Source: Psammoneis japonica
Lineage: Eukaryota
Reading direction: 5' to 3'
NCBI GenBank assembly: GCA_008632985.1
Contig: QPGO01000006.1
Span: 741,138-805,137 of the forward strand
Length of the DNA: 64,000 nucleotides
A program made the position numbers and the translations under genes. How positions within the stretch are numbered: the stretch's first letter is position 1; the number at the start of each line of letters is the position of its first letter. A model generated the notes under the pieces. The model saw only the letters and a program-made list of their open reading frames with translations. It did no database searches and had not been told where the DNA came from. This document shows, one piece after another, positions 33,173 through 46,619 of this stretch.

Positions 33173-33203
33173 GCTCTCGATGTGAAATAAGCGACAATCG
33201 ACA

Positions 33204-34542
33204 ATGAACATTCTTGTCCTAAAGCGGTTCGTGCTTTACTTTTTGCCAATCACACTATCTTTGATTGTTGTCTGTGGTTTTACGGCTCTTCCCCAACTTT
33301 CACGAGAGTGTTGTTTCGTTGCAATGGCGTGACCACCATCACAAACGACCACATCACTATCAATTGATACGCTTGTTCGAAAATAAGGGCGACTCGTCTG
33401 ACAAAAAGCCATGGGCATCACGCGCTCTGCTAATTTCTTCCTTTACAGATGGTGTAGTTCAATCTCCTGATGCTAAAGAATTTCTGAAACAAAGTTTGAT
33501 ACAATCGCTGGTATCCGAGCGGCAGCGAAAAGCAGAAACAGCCGTAGAGACATCGGTGCTTCAAAGCCCATGTTGTGGACCAAATGTGGATGCTCTGAAT
33601 GCGTTAGAAGCTGCAGACCAGGCCTCCAATGTGTTGAATGAGAATTCCGAGAGACTTGATGAAGCCCTGCAAAAAATGGAAGACGACGAGTTGGTGCTTC
33701 GATTCGTGTACATTCCAACCGCCATGTACGCCCTGCGACCCGATAGCAACAACACACCGGGAAAGCAACGGCAACGAGCGCGTGCCGACGGGAAAAAGAG
33801 AAGAAATCAAATTGTAAAGGAATTAAAGTCGTTGTTGCCCAACGTAGAGATACTGACAGTCACGCTGGATTTGGACGATGGCTCCATTAAACAACCGGAC
33901 GGATCGGACGACGCATCCGCTTTTCCCAAGGTAAGGACGCTGTGGAGCAGTATTTCGCAATACTTCTACCTTTATCAACGAACACCTCATCTTCGTACTG
34001 CTTTTGTCTATAGGATGGAAGGAATCATTGCAGAGTTGGGCTCCTCATTTTATTTATGTAGAAGGCGGCAACACGTTTTGGTTGCACCATTGCGTTGACA
34101 AGGGTGATTGGGGTCCAGATATTGTAAAGGCTTGCACGGGACCCAACAATGTGTGTATTGCGGAAAAAGCGCGGGAGCCATTCTGGCCGGTAAAACAGTA
34201 GAAACAGCCACTTGGAAGGTATGTTGTCAAAATGCCTTGTGTTTGCATGTTCGGACTTCTCTAAACGTGCCAGTCTCATGCTCATTTTAGGGATGGGACG
34301 ATCCGTCCATTATTGACGGAATGGAACAATACGAGGACTGGAAGTCGACTCCAGGCTTGGGGTTGGTTGGAGACCTTTCGTTTTTCCCTCACATGAGTGA
34401 TGAATGGGAGGAGCTTGTGAAGGAAAAGGCTGAGGATTTCAATGTGGTGTGTTTGCGAGAACAAGACGCGTCGTGTATCAATGGCCAACTCCGCCAACAT
34501 GACATGGTACACGGGACAGTCCTGAGCGAAAGCATTTTGTAA
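33204..34542 (+). CDS. Peptidase S51 (peptidase E / class I GAT-like) protein, 3 exons, with apparent 1-nt frameshifts
   Basis: FVYIPTA, FIYVEGGNTFWL, VYCGKSAGAIL nucleophile elbow, GLGLV...FFPH; introns about 33931-34012 and 34219-34290. Confidence 0.82.
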
Positions 34543-35209
34543 CTCAGAAAAGAAATGAAAAGTCAGGCTCTGTGCGGGAGTCCAAGCTATGCACGCATCA
34601 CTCGCATCACATGGATGCTTAGTTCTGTCTGTTATCCAGATCGTTATCGAGTAGGACGTACAGTGAGAATAAGTCGTGAACAGAAGAAGTGGACAGAAAA
34701 ATAGGACATTCTACTTAGAAGCGAAGAAATTCGAAAAGCTAGCAACTGCTCAATGATTCGCTCGCGACTCGCGGCTTGATCCGGCACATCGCTCGCGATC
34801 TGGCACATCCCTACTACCGTAAAGATCCACCCTTTCGAGACAATTGGATTCAGAAAAAGTTAGTCATTGAAAATATCCAACAAAGTAGTGAAAGTGGACT
34901 GGGTCGCGTAGTAGTTGGTGGTGGTGTATCTTCCGATCTGTAGCAAACGAACGACGCACATACAGCGCATTGGTCGTGCGATTTTTTTACGAGCGCGGAA
35001 AGATCTCATCGTACGACAGACAGAGCATTTGACGGTGGTCGCCAGATGCTTTTGGTCGGTGCACCGGTTGTTCCACGTAGCTTTTACGTAGAACTCGGTA
35101 CATTTTCCCATGGATTTTGTTCATTCTTCGCTCCGCTTTTCTTGTTGCAGCCAAAGACCTTACGACCAATAACAACAAGACATATTCAAGGACTGAACGC
35201 AACGTAATC

Positions 35210-37833
35210 ATGAAGGATTCCAGCACGCTGGAGTGTGCTGTATGTCACAGGGATGCTAGTGATCCAGTGACACTTGTTTGCTGTGGTGTAAGCGCTTGTA
35301 AGGAGTGCTTAGACAAGTATTGCGCCGAGCGAGCATCATTGCTCAGCAATAACTGCAAAAGCATTCCCTGTCTTTTCTGCAAGGCCTCTTTCCAGTGCAA
35401 TATTTACGATGAACTTGTTGTTAGTGACAAGTCAAGCATTGTACAGGACGAGAGCGCCGGGGAGGAGGACTCCAAGACGCGGGAGAGCGAGGATTTGGTC
35501 GCGCCATCGGGATTCAGCACACCCAATACGGGTCGTGCGCCAGATGTTGATGCACCAAATCAGATAAGAAGTCTCCAACTCACGTTCGTGACTCTTCTAG
35601 TCCGACGGAGTGGCATTCACCCTTAATGTTATTGTCAAGCATCGCCGGAAGCGAGAGCCTGGACGAGGAAGACCCCAAGACTCAGACCAACGAAGAGGAT
35701 TCGGATTCTGAGAATAGCGAGGACCATACGCCCGAGAGTCAACCTGCAGTTGCTACTGTAGTTCGGTATGAAGACTCTCCGACGCGTATTCTCGACTCTA
35801 CTGATCAGACTGAAGGCCATATGCCTTTGCTTATGCTGTCTAGCATTGCTGATGGTGAACGCCCAAACAAGGAAAACTCCGAGAAAGGTGAGGATCTGAA
35901 CGCTGTGACTGAAGACGACTCTACACAGAGCCATGCTTCCGCTCCTGCAGAAGATCAAGGCGGCGACACGTCCCCAACAAATATCCTTGACCTTACAGAT
36001 CCCAATGCACTTCGGAGCCGCATGTTCAGTGCAACTCCCGATCGATCGCCTCCTCGTAAGGGACCCCGGCAACTCGTGCGGAGAATGTCTCGATCGGACC
36101 AAGGATCGGATCTCTATTCTCCCCCCAAGGACCAAGAGTGGCACAAAATTCGCTCCTTTATCCACAATTTCAAGAGTCCAGAAGACCCTGATTTTGATAT
36201 GGAGGCGGAACCGGCCAATAACAAAAGTGCGGCGCCAGGACCAACCCGGCGTTCGCGTCGCATTGCGGGACCATCGTCCAATGACGCCTACATTGTGGGC
36301 TCGCCGGGGCCCCACGATGTTGTGTTGGGACGAGGTCAGGGACCCATGCACCATGCGGGAAACATTTTTTGGCACAAATGCCTAACGGCACATGTCGCTG
36401 CGTACCAAAAGGCCGAAATCCCGGAATGCAAGAAGATCTCCGCCAAGGTGGTAGCGGAGATTCAGGATCGTAAGCCTCCCGGACGTTTTGTTCAAAAGGA
36501 TCAAGAGACTGGCAAGTGGTTTGAGATTCCAAACAAGAGAGCAGAGGAGAAAACAAACAGAGCCTTGTACGACTTGGTGATTTCCCCCAACAAGGGGCTT
36601 CTTGCACGTTCTCTGTCCAAATCACAAGACGAATCATCTTCGAGGCCCGCCAAGAAACTCAAGATGACTTGTGAAGAGGAAATGTCTGATGAAGAACCTC
36701 TTTCTCCCCATTCTTCAGATTCAGGTTTCGTAGGGGAATACATACCGGGTGAACCGCACCCACACGACGTTCTTCTGGGACGAGGCTCAGGACTTATGAA
36801 GCACGAAGGCAACGTTTGGTGGCGTAGCCTCTTGTCAACCTATATGGACGACTATCGCGCCGCTAGCCGTCCGGAACGCAAGGTTATTGCCGCCAAGGCT
36901 GTCTTAGATGTTCAAGGCAGGGACCCGCCCGGTCGGTTCCTTGAACGAAACGCCAAGACAGGAAAGTGGGAAGATATCGGCCAGAACAAGGCCGAGAAGA
37001 AAGCAGTTACTGCTATTAGGGATATGCTCAACTCTGGTGGTCCATGTACTCCTTCTCCGTCTTTTGTCAAGCCCACGGAAAAGCCAGACAGGCCGGTCAA
37101 GAAAACCAAGGAGAAGAATCATTCCAGAAATCAGCGGGAGACGCCGTGTCGTCGATCAAGGGATCCGACATGTCGTCTCCTCCAGTGAAACCACAAGGAA
37201 GAAGAGGCAAAAAGTCGAGCCCCTCCTGATCCCAACAGTTTCGTGAATGGTGAACCGCACGAATTCGACGTTGTGCTGGGAAGAGGTGCGGGACCCATGG
37301 GCCACAAGGGCAACGTCAGGTGGCGTGACATGCTGGGTTCGTACCTGTAAGCTATGCCAATGCTCAACGTGAGGAGCGTAAGAGCATTGCGGCCACGGCT
37401 GTGTTTAGGATTCGAAGCCAATCCACTCCTGGACGGTTTCTCCAGCAGGACCGAGAGTCAGGAAGATGGTTTGACATTGGTGACAAGAAGGTACGTACAT
37501 TGGATTCGATCTTTGTGAATTTGACGTGGATACGGTTGAGCTAACAGTTGCTTGCTTTTGAAGGCCGAGAAAAAGGCTTCTCAGGGATTGAGAGACATGA
37601 TGGATCACGCTGGCATTTCTCCAGTTCCTCTTCTTCCGAGGCCTTCGAATAGGGACCTGCCAGAAGAGGAGAGGAAGCCGCCCAAGAAGATGCCGACAAA
37701 AAGGAAAACAAAGGACAAGAAAGTCTCAAAGACGCAGAATACGAAACAAAAAGAAGTCGAGTCATCTGAAATGAAGAGTAAGGAGGGAAAAGAAATCAAG
37801 TCTGCTAAATTGAAGCGAAAGCAAGAAAAATAG
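35210..37833 (+). CDS. Protein with an N-terminal RING-like finger and three DUF6824-like domains (frameshifts present)
   Basis: CAVC...CCGVSACKEC...CLFC; three copies of DV(V/L)LGRG...H.GN..W near 36310, 36760 and 37260, the first two followed by PPGRF...W. Confidence 0.75.
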
Positions 37834-38295
37834 AGCAAGTCCGCTTGATTTCGTAGTGTATACCGGGGTAAATGGCTGGATTGCCATTGGGGGGATTTAA
37901 TAGGTGTTTAGCGGCTTTCAAGCATTGTACAGCCGCAAGCGAGATGTGCTTTCTAACCAGCAGTATGCAAGAGAACGTTCGAGAGTCGCTGCTGCTGGAT
38001 ATATGATTGCCTAATCTACCGTTGTTGAAGGTGTGAAACCGTTTCGGCATGGAGATTCTACTCGTCTAAGAAGAATCTTCTAGATCTGCACACAAGTTAA
38101 GCTAGAGCAGAAAATCTAGAAAGAGGTGATGTGATTGTTTTGCCGGCATGTAAGACTTAGTGAGAGCCTGTACCAGAATGCTCACAAGCAGGCCTGAGCT
38201 CGCGTCGTCTATGGCAGCGTGGTTTGCTGCATCAGAACTCCAACCATTGTATGAAGACTGACCAAAAAATTTGTGAATTATTTTCTCATTATCCC

Positions 38296-40540
38296 TTAAA
38301 GTATACGATAAACGTATGCGGATCCGGGCCTGTCGCGGTCGGATAGAGCATCCTTTGCGCCAAGTTGTTCCCTTGCACCAACCGCGACCATGCGTCCGTT
38401 TCCCATCAAAGACACGGACCATCCAAACATACTCACTGTCGCATCACCGTTCAAATATTCGCCAACCTGACTCCACTCCATTGTGTCCTCGCCATCATAC
38501 TGATAGATACCGACGCGACCAGCGCTTCTCAAGTCGTCCGTCACGTTATGCCACCGACTTGCCACAGCCAGAACGTTTCCATCTGAGTTTAGGGAGACCG
38601 CATTTCCAAATCGATCACTTGGTTGTTCTGTTACTAACGTTTGTCCACGTTGCGTCCATGTGGCGGTTGCACGGTCATGCTCGTAAACATAAGCTCTGCC
38701 TTGCAGACCAGTTTCCGTCCAAAGTCCTCCTAGTTCGCCCACCGCCATGACCAACCCGCTGTCGTCAAGAGAAATAGAGTACCCAAGCCGACCACCTGTG
38801 ACTAGCCCATTGATTGGATCTGCCAATGGATTCCATCGTGATGAAGTAGCGTTGTATTCATAGACTGATACCTGGCCGGAATCATCCTTTCCACTGGAAT
38901 CATTAAAGACTGCTGCGACCCCAACAATCATGCCCGAGCTACTCAGGGAAACAGCCCAACCAAATTGATCTTTCGAGCCTTGACCAATAAGTGTCTGGCC
39001 AAGTTGGTTCCAAGATGATGTACTACGACTGTATTGAAACAGTCGAACAGAACCCGTATTGTGGCCGTTCCTCGACTTTTCAAATCGAGCTCCTACCGCA
39101 ACAATGTCTCCCGCGTCTGAGAGAGACACAGAATAACCAAAAGCATCAATTAATGACTCTCCTTGTAGGTCACTGCCAAGTTGAACCCAAAGGTCGGAGT
39201 CGGTATTGTACTCATACACTCGAACACGACCAGAAATGTCACCACCAATGCTGTTTCTCGGTGCTCCTACGGCGATTCTTGTGCCGTCACCATTTAATGA
39301 CACGGTAATTCCGAACTGGTCTCTTTTGGCTTCGCCTACTAAATCTTGACCCATGGGAATCCAATCTCGGCGGGAAACATCGTTCCAGCGAAACACGGAA
39401 ACAGAACCTGGCTTGTTGTTGGTAGCCAACTGGCTGCCTCCCACAGCCATGACACTTCCACCTCGTGACAGGGAGATAGATTCACCAAAATATCCTGACG
39501 GATCCTTTCCACGCAACACTTGTCCGTGCGGATCCCATGGTCCATCTGGCAGAGGAACAAAGGGAGCGGGGGATGGAGTTGGGAAACGGTTGGGATTGGC
39601 GTAGGACTCGACTCACTCTTGCTGTTGTTGGACGACACTGTGACAGCAACCACAATAGCAGCAGCTACCACTAAAAGACAACTCCCGCTATAATGATCGG
39701 TCTGCGACGACGTTTCCGTTTTCCATCCTTCTCGTCTTGAGCAACCTCAGCATGAGCCAAGGGCAATCGTACTTGTACTGACTCCTCACGAAGACGGTTG
39801 TCCTCTTCTTGCAAACGAGCAACAAACTCGTCATCAGCAGGCTGTGCTAATTGAGCTTCTAAAATCACAGCATTATCATCACCCTCGGCAAGGGGTTGAG
39901 GAGCGGGATTCAAGTCTAAAGCAACAGCCTCGTCGGCGGTAAGAGAAATGTCATCGTCAACTAGCCCTCGTCGAACCTCTCCCCCTTCTTGGTATACCGC
40001 GAAGGCACCAGTCACGGGAGTTTCTCCCTCTTCTTCGACTTCCTCATCACTCTCCAGCAGACAGCTCACAGCACGAACATTCTGGTTCGGCTCTTCAGGA
40101 ATCTGCTCAGCCCGTTCTTCTTCTCGCTCGTTGGCTTGAACCTCAAAAGATGCAGACAGAGAGGTTTCTGGAAGTCGACCATCAAGAGCTTTTTCAACCG
40201 TTTTCTTCCTAGTTCGGTGTGGCACCATGGGGTTTAGAGAATCAACAGTCTTCACCATTTCGGAAGAGTGACTGTCGGCTCGTTCAGGTCTGACCTTTTC
40301 TTCGTCTGACAAAGCCAAGTCACCTGCCACGAGAGATGCATCCTGTTTTTCACCCTCATTGTTGACAAAGCCATTCCCTTCAAAACGTTGGTTTTGTTCC
40401 GTATCTTCTGCTTCCTGAATGACTATGGAATTAGAGGATTCTTCAAGCAGTCGGTCGGGAACCTCTTCCACCACCACGTCATCCGCTCCTTCATTCTCTT
40501 GACCAAAACGGCCTCCATTAGGATTATGGTCTTCGCGCAT
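38296..40540 (-). CDS. Type II membrane protein with an FG-GAP/integrin-alpha-like beta-propeller, paralog 1 (frameshifts near 39570-39675)
   Basis: Seven FGxSVSLxxxGxxxAVGA repeats; TM after KRKRRRRP; PT stalk. Confidence 0.85.
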
Positions 40541-40827
40541 CGTCCTCTTTTCTTTCTCTTGATCGAGACGGAAAATATGTTGAGACAGTCACTGTCCAAG
40601 CAGAACAAGTGATTCCAGATTGTAGCGTGGTGGAAGGTGGAGGGATTAGAATGACAACAACCTGAAACCGTGACCGTTTCTGTGACTTCTTTGCGCTTTT
40701 TCGGTGCGATTTGGAGAGATTGCTTCGTCGGAATGATCGGTTTTTGTTGACATTTTTAAAAATGACCGTCTAATGGTCTCGGTAACCTACTTCAACCAAC
40801 CCGGATCTTCCAACATCCAACTCCAGG

Positions 40828-40978
40828 GCTACTGCTAGCTACTAGAGCTAGCTAGAGTAGTCACTACTCTCTACAGTAGTAGTAGCCGGGCAGAACTCAT
40901 CCCAACTCAAAAGTCTCAGAAGTAACTACTAGCTAGAGTAGAGAGAGGGTCTCTACTACTATTGTAGCCTACCTAACC
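40828..40978. repeat. CTA/TAG-rich low-complexity intergenic tract
   Basis: Dense ctact/agtag/gctag motifs. Confidence 0.6.
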
Positions 40979-41054
40979 AAAGACGAGTCACGAACACCAC
41001 ATTGTTCAACACGACGACAGACCAAAAAACTGGTGCAATTTTGCTGTTATCCCT

Positions 41055-43381
41055 CTAAAGTACACGATAGACGTATGCGGATCCGGGCCTGTCACGGTCG
41101 GATAGAGCATCCTTTGCACCAAGTTGTTCCTTTGCACCAACCGCGACCATGCGTCCGTTTCCCATCAAAGACACGGACCATCCAAACATACTCACTGTCG
41201 CATCACCGTTCAAATATTCGCCAACCTGACTCCACTCCATTGTGTCGTCGCCATCATACTGATAGATTCCGACGCGACCAGCGCTTCTCAAGTCGTCGTC
41301 CGTCACGTTGTGCCACCGACTTGCTACTGCCAGAACGTTTCCATCTGAGTTTAGCGAGACCGCATTTCCAAATCTATCACTTGGTTGTTCTGTTACTAAC
41401 GTTTGGCCACGTTGTGTCCACGTCGAAGTTTCACGGTCATGCTCGTAAACAAAAGCTCTCCCTTGGAATTCAGTCTCTGACCATAATCCTCCTAGTTCGC
41501 CCACTGCCAAGACCAACCCACTATCATCAAGAGAAATCGAGTACCCAAGCCGACCGCCCTTGACTTGTCCATCAATTGAATCGCCCAATGGATTCCACTG
41601 CGATAATGTAGAGTTATATTCATACACTGAGACCTGACCCGAATCGTGATTTTCACCAAAATCATGAAAAATGGCTGCAACCGCAACAATCGTACCCGAA
41701 CTACTCAAAGAAACCGCCCAACCAAACTGATCTTTAGCGGCCTTACCAATGATTGCCCGACCAAGTTGGTTCCAAGATGATGTATCACGGTTGTATCGAA
41801 ACAATCGAACCGAACCTGTATTGTGGCCATTTATTGATTCCTCAAACCGAGCTCCTACCGCAACAATGTCTCCCGCTTCTGAGAGAGACACAGAACAACC
41901 AAAACCATCAATAGAAGACAACTCTCCTCGGAGGTCGCTCCCAAGTTGAACCCAAATGTCGGAGTCGCTATCATATTCGTACACACGAACACGCCCTGTA
42001 TTATCGCCACCCCCGCTATGCCTCGGTGCTCCTACAGCGATTATTGTGCCGTCACCGTTCAACGACACAGTTATTCCAAACTGGTCTTTTTTGGCTTCTC
42101 CCATCAACTCTTGGCCCATAGGAATCCACTCTCGGCGGTTGACATCGTTCCAACGAAACACCGAAACTGATCCTGGTTTATCGTTAGAAGGCATCTGACT
42201 ACCTCCCACTGCCATGACAATCCCACCTCTCGACAGCGAGATCGATTCACCAAAATATCCTGACGGGTCCTTTCCACGCAATACTTGGCCATGTGGATCC
42301 CATGGTCCATCTGGCAGAGGAATAAAGGGAATTGTTGGAGATGGAGTTGGAGGAGGCGTCTGAGGGATTGGCGTAGGCCTTGACTTGCTGTTGTCATTGT
42401 TCATTGTAACTGCAATTACAATCGAAAGACCAATTACGAAAAAAAAATGCCCAATACAGTCAAAATTCTGTAGCATCGTTTCCGCTTCCCAACCTTCTCG
42501 TCTGAAGCTACCTCCGCATGAGCCAATGGTAAGTGTGATTGTCCTGACTCCTCGCGAAGACGAGTGTTTTCTTCTTGCAAACGAGCAACAAACTCGTCGT
42601 CAGCGCCTGGCTGTGCAAGTTGAGCTTCCAAGAGAACCATCCCATTGTTGTCCCCAGCTGGAATAGGTTGCCGATCCGAGTTATCAGTGACCTCGTCGGA
42701 GAATACGGAGACATCATCGTCCCCTCGTTCACGTCGAAGAACTTCTCCTTCCTCGTGATATACTGCAAAAGCACCAGTAATTGGAGTTTCACCCTCATAT
42801 TCTCCTTCCTCCTCATCACTTTCAAGCAAAGAGTTCACTCCTCCAACGTTCTGGTTAAGCTCAGTTCCGGAGGATTCAGAGATGGCCGAAACTTGCCTGT
42901 CAAGAATCTGCTTCACCGTTTCTTCCTGGATCGGATCCTCTTCAACTTCTTCTGGGGGGCGACGAATAGTGTGGCTCTTCACATGACGCGTCGTTCTCTT
43001 TGACGCCTGTTTGCTGTGTGGGCGTGAAAGTGCTGACATTGATTTAGCTCTTTTCTTTTCTTCTTTTCGTTTTTGGTAGCTGCTTCTCTTCTCTCGCAAA
43101 CGTGGAGAAATTGAGGGATTCCGGGTATTCGTAGTGATGTCCAACATTGATTTAGCTCTTTTCTTTTCTTCTCTTCGTTTTTGGTATCTGCTTCTCTTCT
43201 CTCGCAAACGTGGAGAAATTGAGGGATTCCGGGTATTCGTAGTGATGGCCAACGCTTCTTCATCTACATATTCTTCCCCTTGCTCTTCATCGTTTGTTCG
43301 ACGACGACCACGCTCCTCTGACGTGTCGTCGTTACTGTCTTTTGGTAGTATGAACGGTGTCTGATTGAAACGATTCTTCAT
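41055..43381 (-). CDS. Type II membrane protein with an FG-GAP-like beta-propeller, paralog 2 (frameshift near 42440)
   Basis: Closely similar to 38296-39570 over the propeller; the frameshift falls at an A homopolymer. Confidence 0.85.
43037..43247. repeat. Two-copy direct repeat, 108-bp period, in frame within paralog 2
   Basis: ITTNTRNPSISPRLREKRS.YQKR.EEKKRAKSM occurs twice. Confidence 0.9.
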
Positions 43382-44737
43382 TGTTATCGATCGAGGCGAA
43401 AAATATGATCTTAACGTACAGTACGAGGTGTGTACCACTGAGGATTGCAGAAAATGGAGTGAAACGAACTTTGCCTGAGGTCGGGACTGGAAGTTCTCGA
43501 TTGCGTGTTTGACGGAGCTTGTCCCGAGTCTGCTATAATATCCAAGGCAGAAAGGGCCCTAACAAAGAAAATGTCCACAATGAAGCCTATTTATAGATGT
43601 GCATGTAGCTGCTTATTGAAACGTTTTCGTAACATTCAATATTAAACTCTCTGATTTTAGAATGACAGCTAGCAACAAGATAAGATGAAGCTGCTTACTG
43701 TACTGTACGTCGGTCGTATTGAACGAAAACGTCTTTCGAATATTAGGAGGTACTCTGGTACAGGATTTGTCATTGACTGAATGCTATCGTCGCTTTTTAG
43801 TATGACAATAAATACCTATATACATTCTCTTTAGGTTTATAATTTATAATGTAAAAAAGCGAGGTGAATGAATGTGCACCCACATTTTGCTCAGTTCCGC
43901 CACGTACCGTCCTGCCGATTTCTTCGGATGACAACCAGGTGGGGGAGACGAACATCAAATTTCCGACTGCTGGCATCTGTGACTTCGGAGCTGCCATTTG
44001 CTGTGACAGTGCGCGAGCTGGAATGAGTTGAGAACAACAGTGGACAATGAACGCATTGTCGCTGCAGCAAGACTTTGAAAATGTCAGGAATTTTTTAAAA
44101 TTGCTGGCCAATAATGGTGTCTGACAAGTCCCATGCTATCAATGTGTCGGTATTGTGCCACATTTCGTCACTACGTTTTCAAAGTGGACAACCGCAAACG
44201 TCGATAAATCGGACCCCCAATGAAACGTTTCTTGCCGGATCACCTCCCCAAACGAGAATGCTTGGCGAACTCATAAGATCTTACGCAATTGCCTCCGTCG
44301 TTTTGATTCCTATCCTGAAAAATACGGATTTTAGCCCTCCAATGAATAAGAAGACAAGGGTGAACCCAAGTGACTTTCGGTGGAGAGTCTCGAAACAAAA
44401 CCGAAGTGCGCCAGAAGCGCCTAAAGAAACCTCTTTTTCATCAATAAACGCTGATCTGCCGCGAAAGTCAAAGCCATTCTTTTTGTACTTGTGATGATGA
44501 TTCAACTGAGCTCGGCTTGGATCCCAAGCATTGGGAATGTGGACGAGTGACAAAAATGAAACGGGAATTCATGGTACCTATCTAAAACAAACAACGATCG
44601 TAAAGGTGTTACTCTCTCGAGAGCCACTTTCGTCTACAACCTAGCGAGTCCGAAAACAAAAGGGTATTGCGATTGAAACAATCTCTAGCTGCCAGTAGCA
44701 TTTATACCGTATCGACCAAGTTTTAAACAGGTCAAGA

Positions 44738-46132
44738 CTACTTTGTTTCTTCTTTTGTTTCCTCCTTTGGACTGCCGCCGTCTCCACTACTGCGTCGTCC
44801 ACGATTTCTGTTTTTCTTTTTCGATCCACGATGCCGTTTGTGACTCTTTCGTGATTTCTTTTCCGACGCTGCAGACGACACACTCGTCGGGCTAGCATGA
44901 CGCCTCCTGCGGCGTTTTCTTCGTCGCTGACTCGACGACGCCACAGATCCGCCGTGCTCATAATGACGATCATGACTCGAGCTACGGTGTCTGCGTCCCT
45001 TTTTCGCACGATCATCATCGTCGATGTGGTCGTCGTCTTCATCATGATGGTGGTGATAATGATGATGATGATGACGCTCACTCCGTCTACTACTACGCGG
45101 AGGAGGAGAAGAGGAACGGTGTCGCCTTCTGCTCCTCCTATCCTCGTCATCATTGCTGTCTGGCGTTCTTCGGCGACTATGACTGCGAGAAGAACGCCGT
45201 CTCGTCCTTCGTTCACCACTACGGCTTCGACTACTCTTTGCTCTGCGTGACGATGTCCTGCGACGGCTTTTACGGGTCGGTGAAGGTGTCTGAGAAAGTG
45301 ACGAAGGAGTCGGCAAGGGCTCTACAATCGCTTTCTCTTCATTGTTGTTGTTATTTCGAACCTTTGATTCAAGAAGTTCCTTTCGACGTGGTGACTCCTC
45401 ATCCACAGACCTGCTCCTACTACCGTGACGTCGATGTTGTTGTTGTTGTCGCCGACGATCCTCATAACTCCTCGACCGACGGCGTCTACGACTCAAACTG
45501 CGACTGGAACTGCTTCGTCTGTTGCTGCTCTTGTAGCGATATTCATCGTTGTGTCTGCGACGACTCCTGCTGCGGCTGCGCCGATGACGTGGTGGTGGTG
45601 ACGGGGAACGTGAAGACCGTCTCCGATGATGATGATGATGATAATGCCGATCGCGTCGATCATCATAAGGCCTAAAGTACGGATCATCATAATAACCGCT
45701 GTTGTTGTTGTAGGGTGGTGGAGGCGGAAAAGGCGGCGGGTGTTGTTGCTGATGTTGATGCGGGAAACCACCACCGCTGCCTACACTCCCTCCTCTATAA
45801 TAATCCGGACGTCTCCCATCTCGCTTTTGTTGTTGTTGCTGCTGCTGCTCCTTGTTTCGAGATTGTTTTTTATTAGCACGTTGTTGCAATACGACCGTAT
45901 CATAGGTTCGTTTTGCGGCAAGTTTGGACCCACTGTAAAACAAGGAATCCACTCCCTCATTCACAGCTTCTCGGTCCGCTGCCGACAACCCATCATACCA
46001 CGCCTGAGCTTCCTTGGAAAGAGTCTTTTGTGATAAAATCTTTTCCACGTTAATGTTTGGTAATTCTTCTTTCGATGCTGCTTCCTTCATGCCATTCGTT
46101 GTTGCCTCCTTTTTTTCCTCCACATTTCCCAT
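44738..46132 (-). CDS. Arg/Ser- and His-rich low-complexity (RS-like) protein
   Basis: 464-aa ORF with RSRSRS tracts, poly-Q and poly-H. Confidence 0.75.
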   Translation of the reverse strand: MGNVEEKKEATTNGMKEAASKEELPNINVEKILSQKTLSKEAQAWYDGLSAADREAVNEGVDSLFYSGSKLAAKRTYDTVVLQQRANKKQSRNKEQQQQQQQKRDGRRPDYYRGGSVGSGGGFPHQHQQQHPPPFPPPPPYNNNSGYYDDPYFRPYDDRRDRHYHHHHHRRRSSRSPSPPPRHRRSRSRSRRRHNDEYRYKSSNRRSSSSRSLSRRRRRSRSYEDRRRQQQQHRRHGSRSRSVDEESPRRKELLESKVRNNNNNEEKAIVEPLPTPSSLSQTPSPTRKSRRRTSSRRAKSSRSRSGERRTRRRSSRSHSRRRTPDSNDDEDRRSRRRHRSSSPPPRSSRRSERHHHHHYHHHHDEDDDHIDDDDRAKKGRRHRSSSHDRHYEHGGSVASSSQRRRKRRRRRHASPTSVSSAASEKKSRKSHKRHRGSKKKNRNRGRRSSGDGGSPKEETKEETK

Positions 46133-46619
46133 AATTTTTCAAATTTTGCAGTCCACGAACGTCCCTACTGCGTTTTAGTACCAATTCCGACGTAGAATTT
46201 TGGAAAGCATGCGTGACAAATTTTGAAAAAAAAAAACGCGTGTGTGTGACGAGTGACGATTGGAGATTATCGGATATATGAATTGTAAGTCTTGTGCTGC
46301 AAAAAGTATGAAAGTAGTATCGTAGCGAGTGTTTTGTTGTGACAATTTCAGTGGTGGCGGAGTGGTTGCAATTACACACGCACCGTGGGCGGCGGAAAAA
46401 GAGGCGGCGGCGTCGTCGGTCCACCTGCCTCTGCTGGTTGTGCGCCGTTGATTTGATTTTGGTGGGCTTGCAGCAGCACGTGTCTGGGCGGCGTCCGTTT
46501 CGAAAGTGCGGCGCCCGCGCGTACCGTACTGTACTGTAGGTAAGGTTCATCTTGTTGTATTTCTACATACTGTACGAAAGAACCACCATGATTCTACGGC
46601 GGCAGCTTGAGATCATTGC

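Noticed and set aside
33204..42480. Programmed frameshifting or pseudogenisation of the peptidase, DUF6824 and FG-GAP genes
   Set aside because: Scattered single-base indels, some in homopolymers, with otherwise intact motifs are more simply assembly errors; reads are needed to decide
43797..44553. Short ORFs of 90-126 aa as genes
   Set aside because: No recognisable motifs or convincing exon structure
44641..46033. Overlapping ORFs on other frames of the RS-rich gene
   Set aside because: By-products of trinucleotide low-complexity sequence
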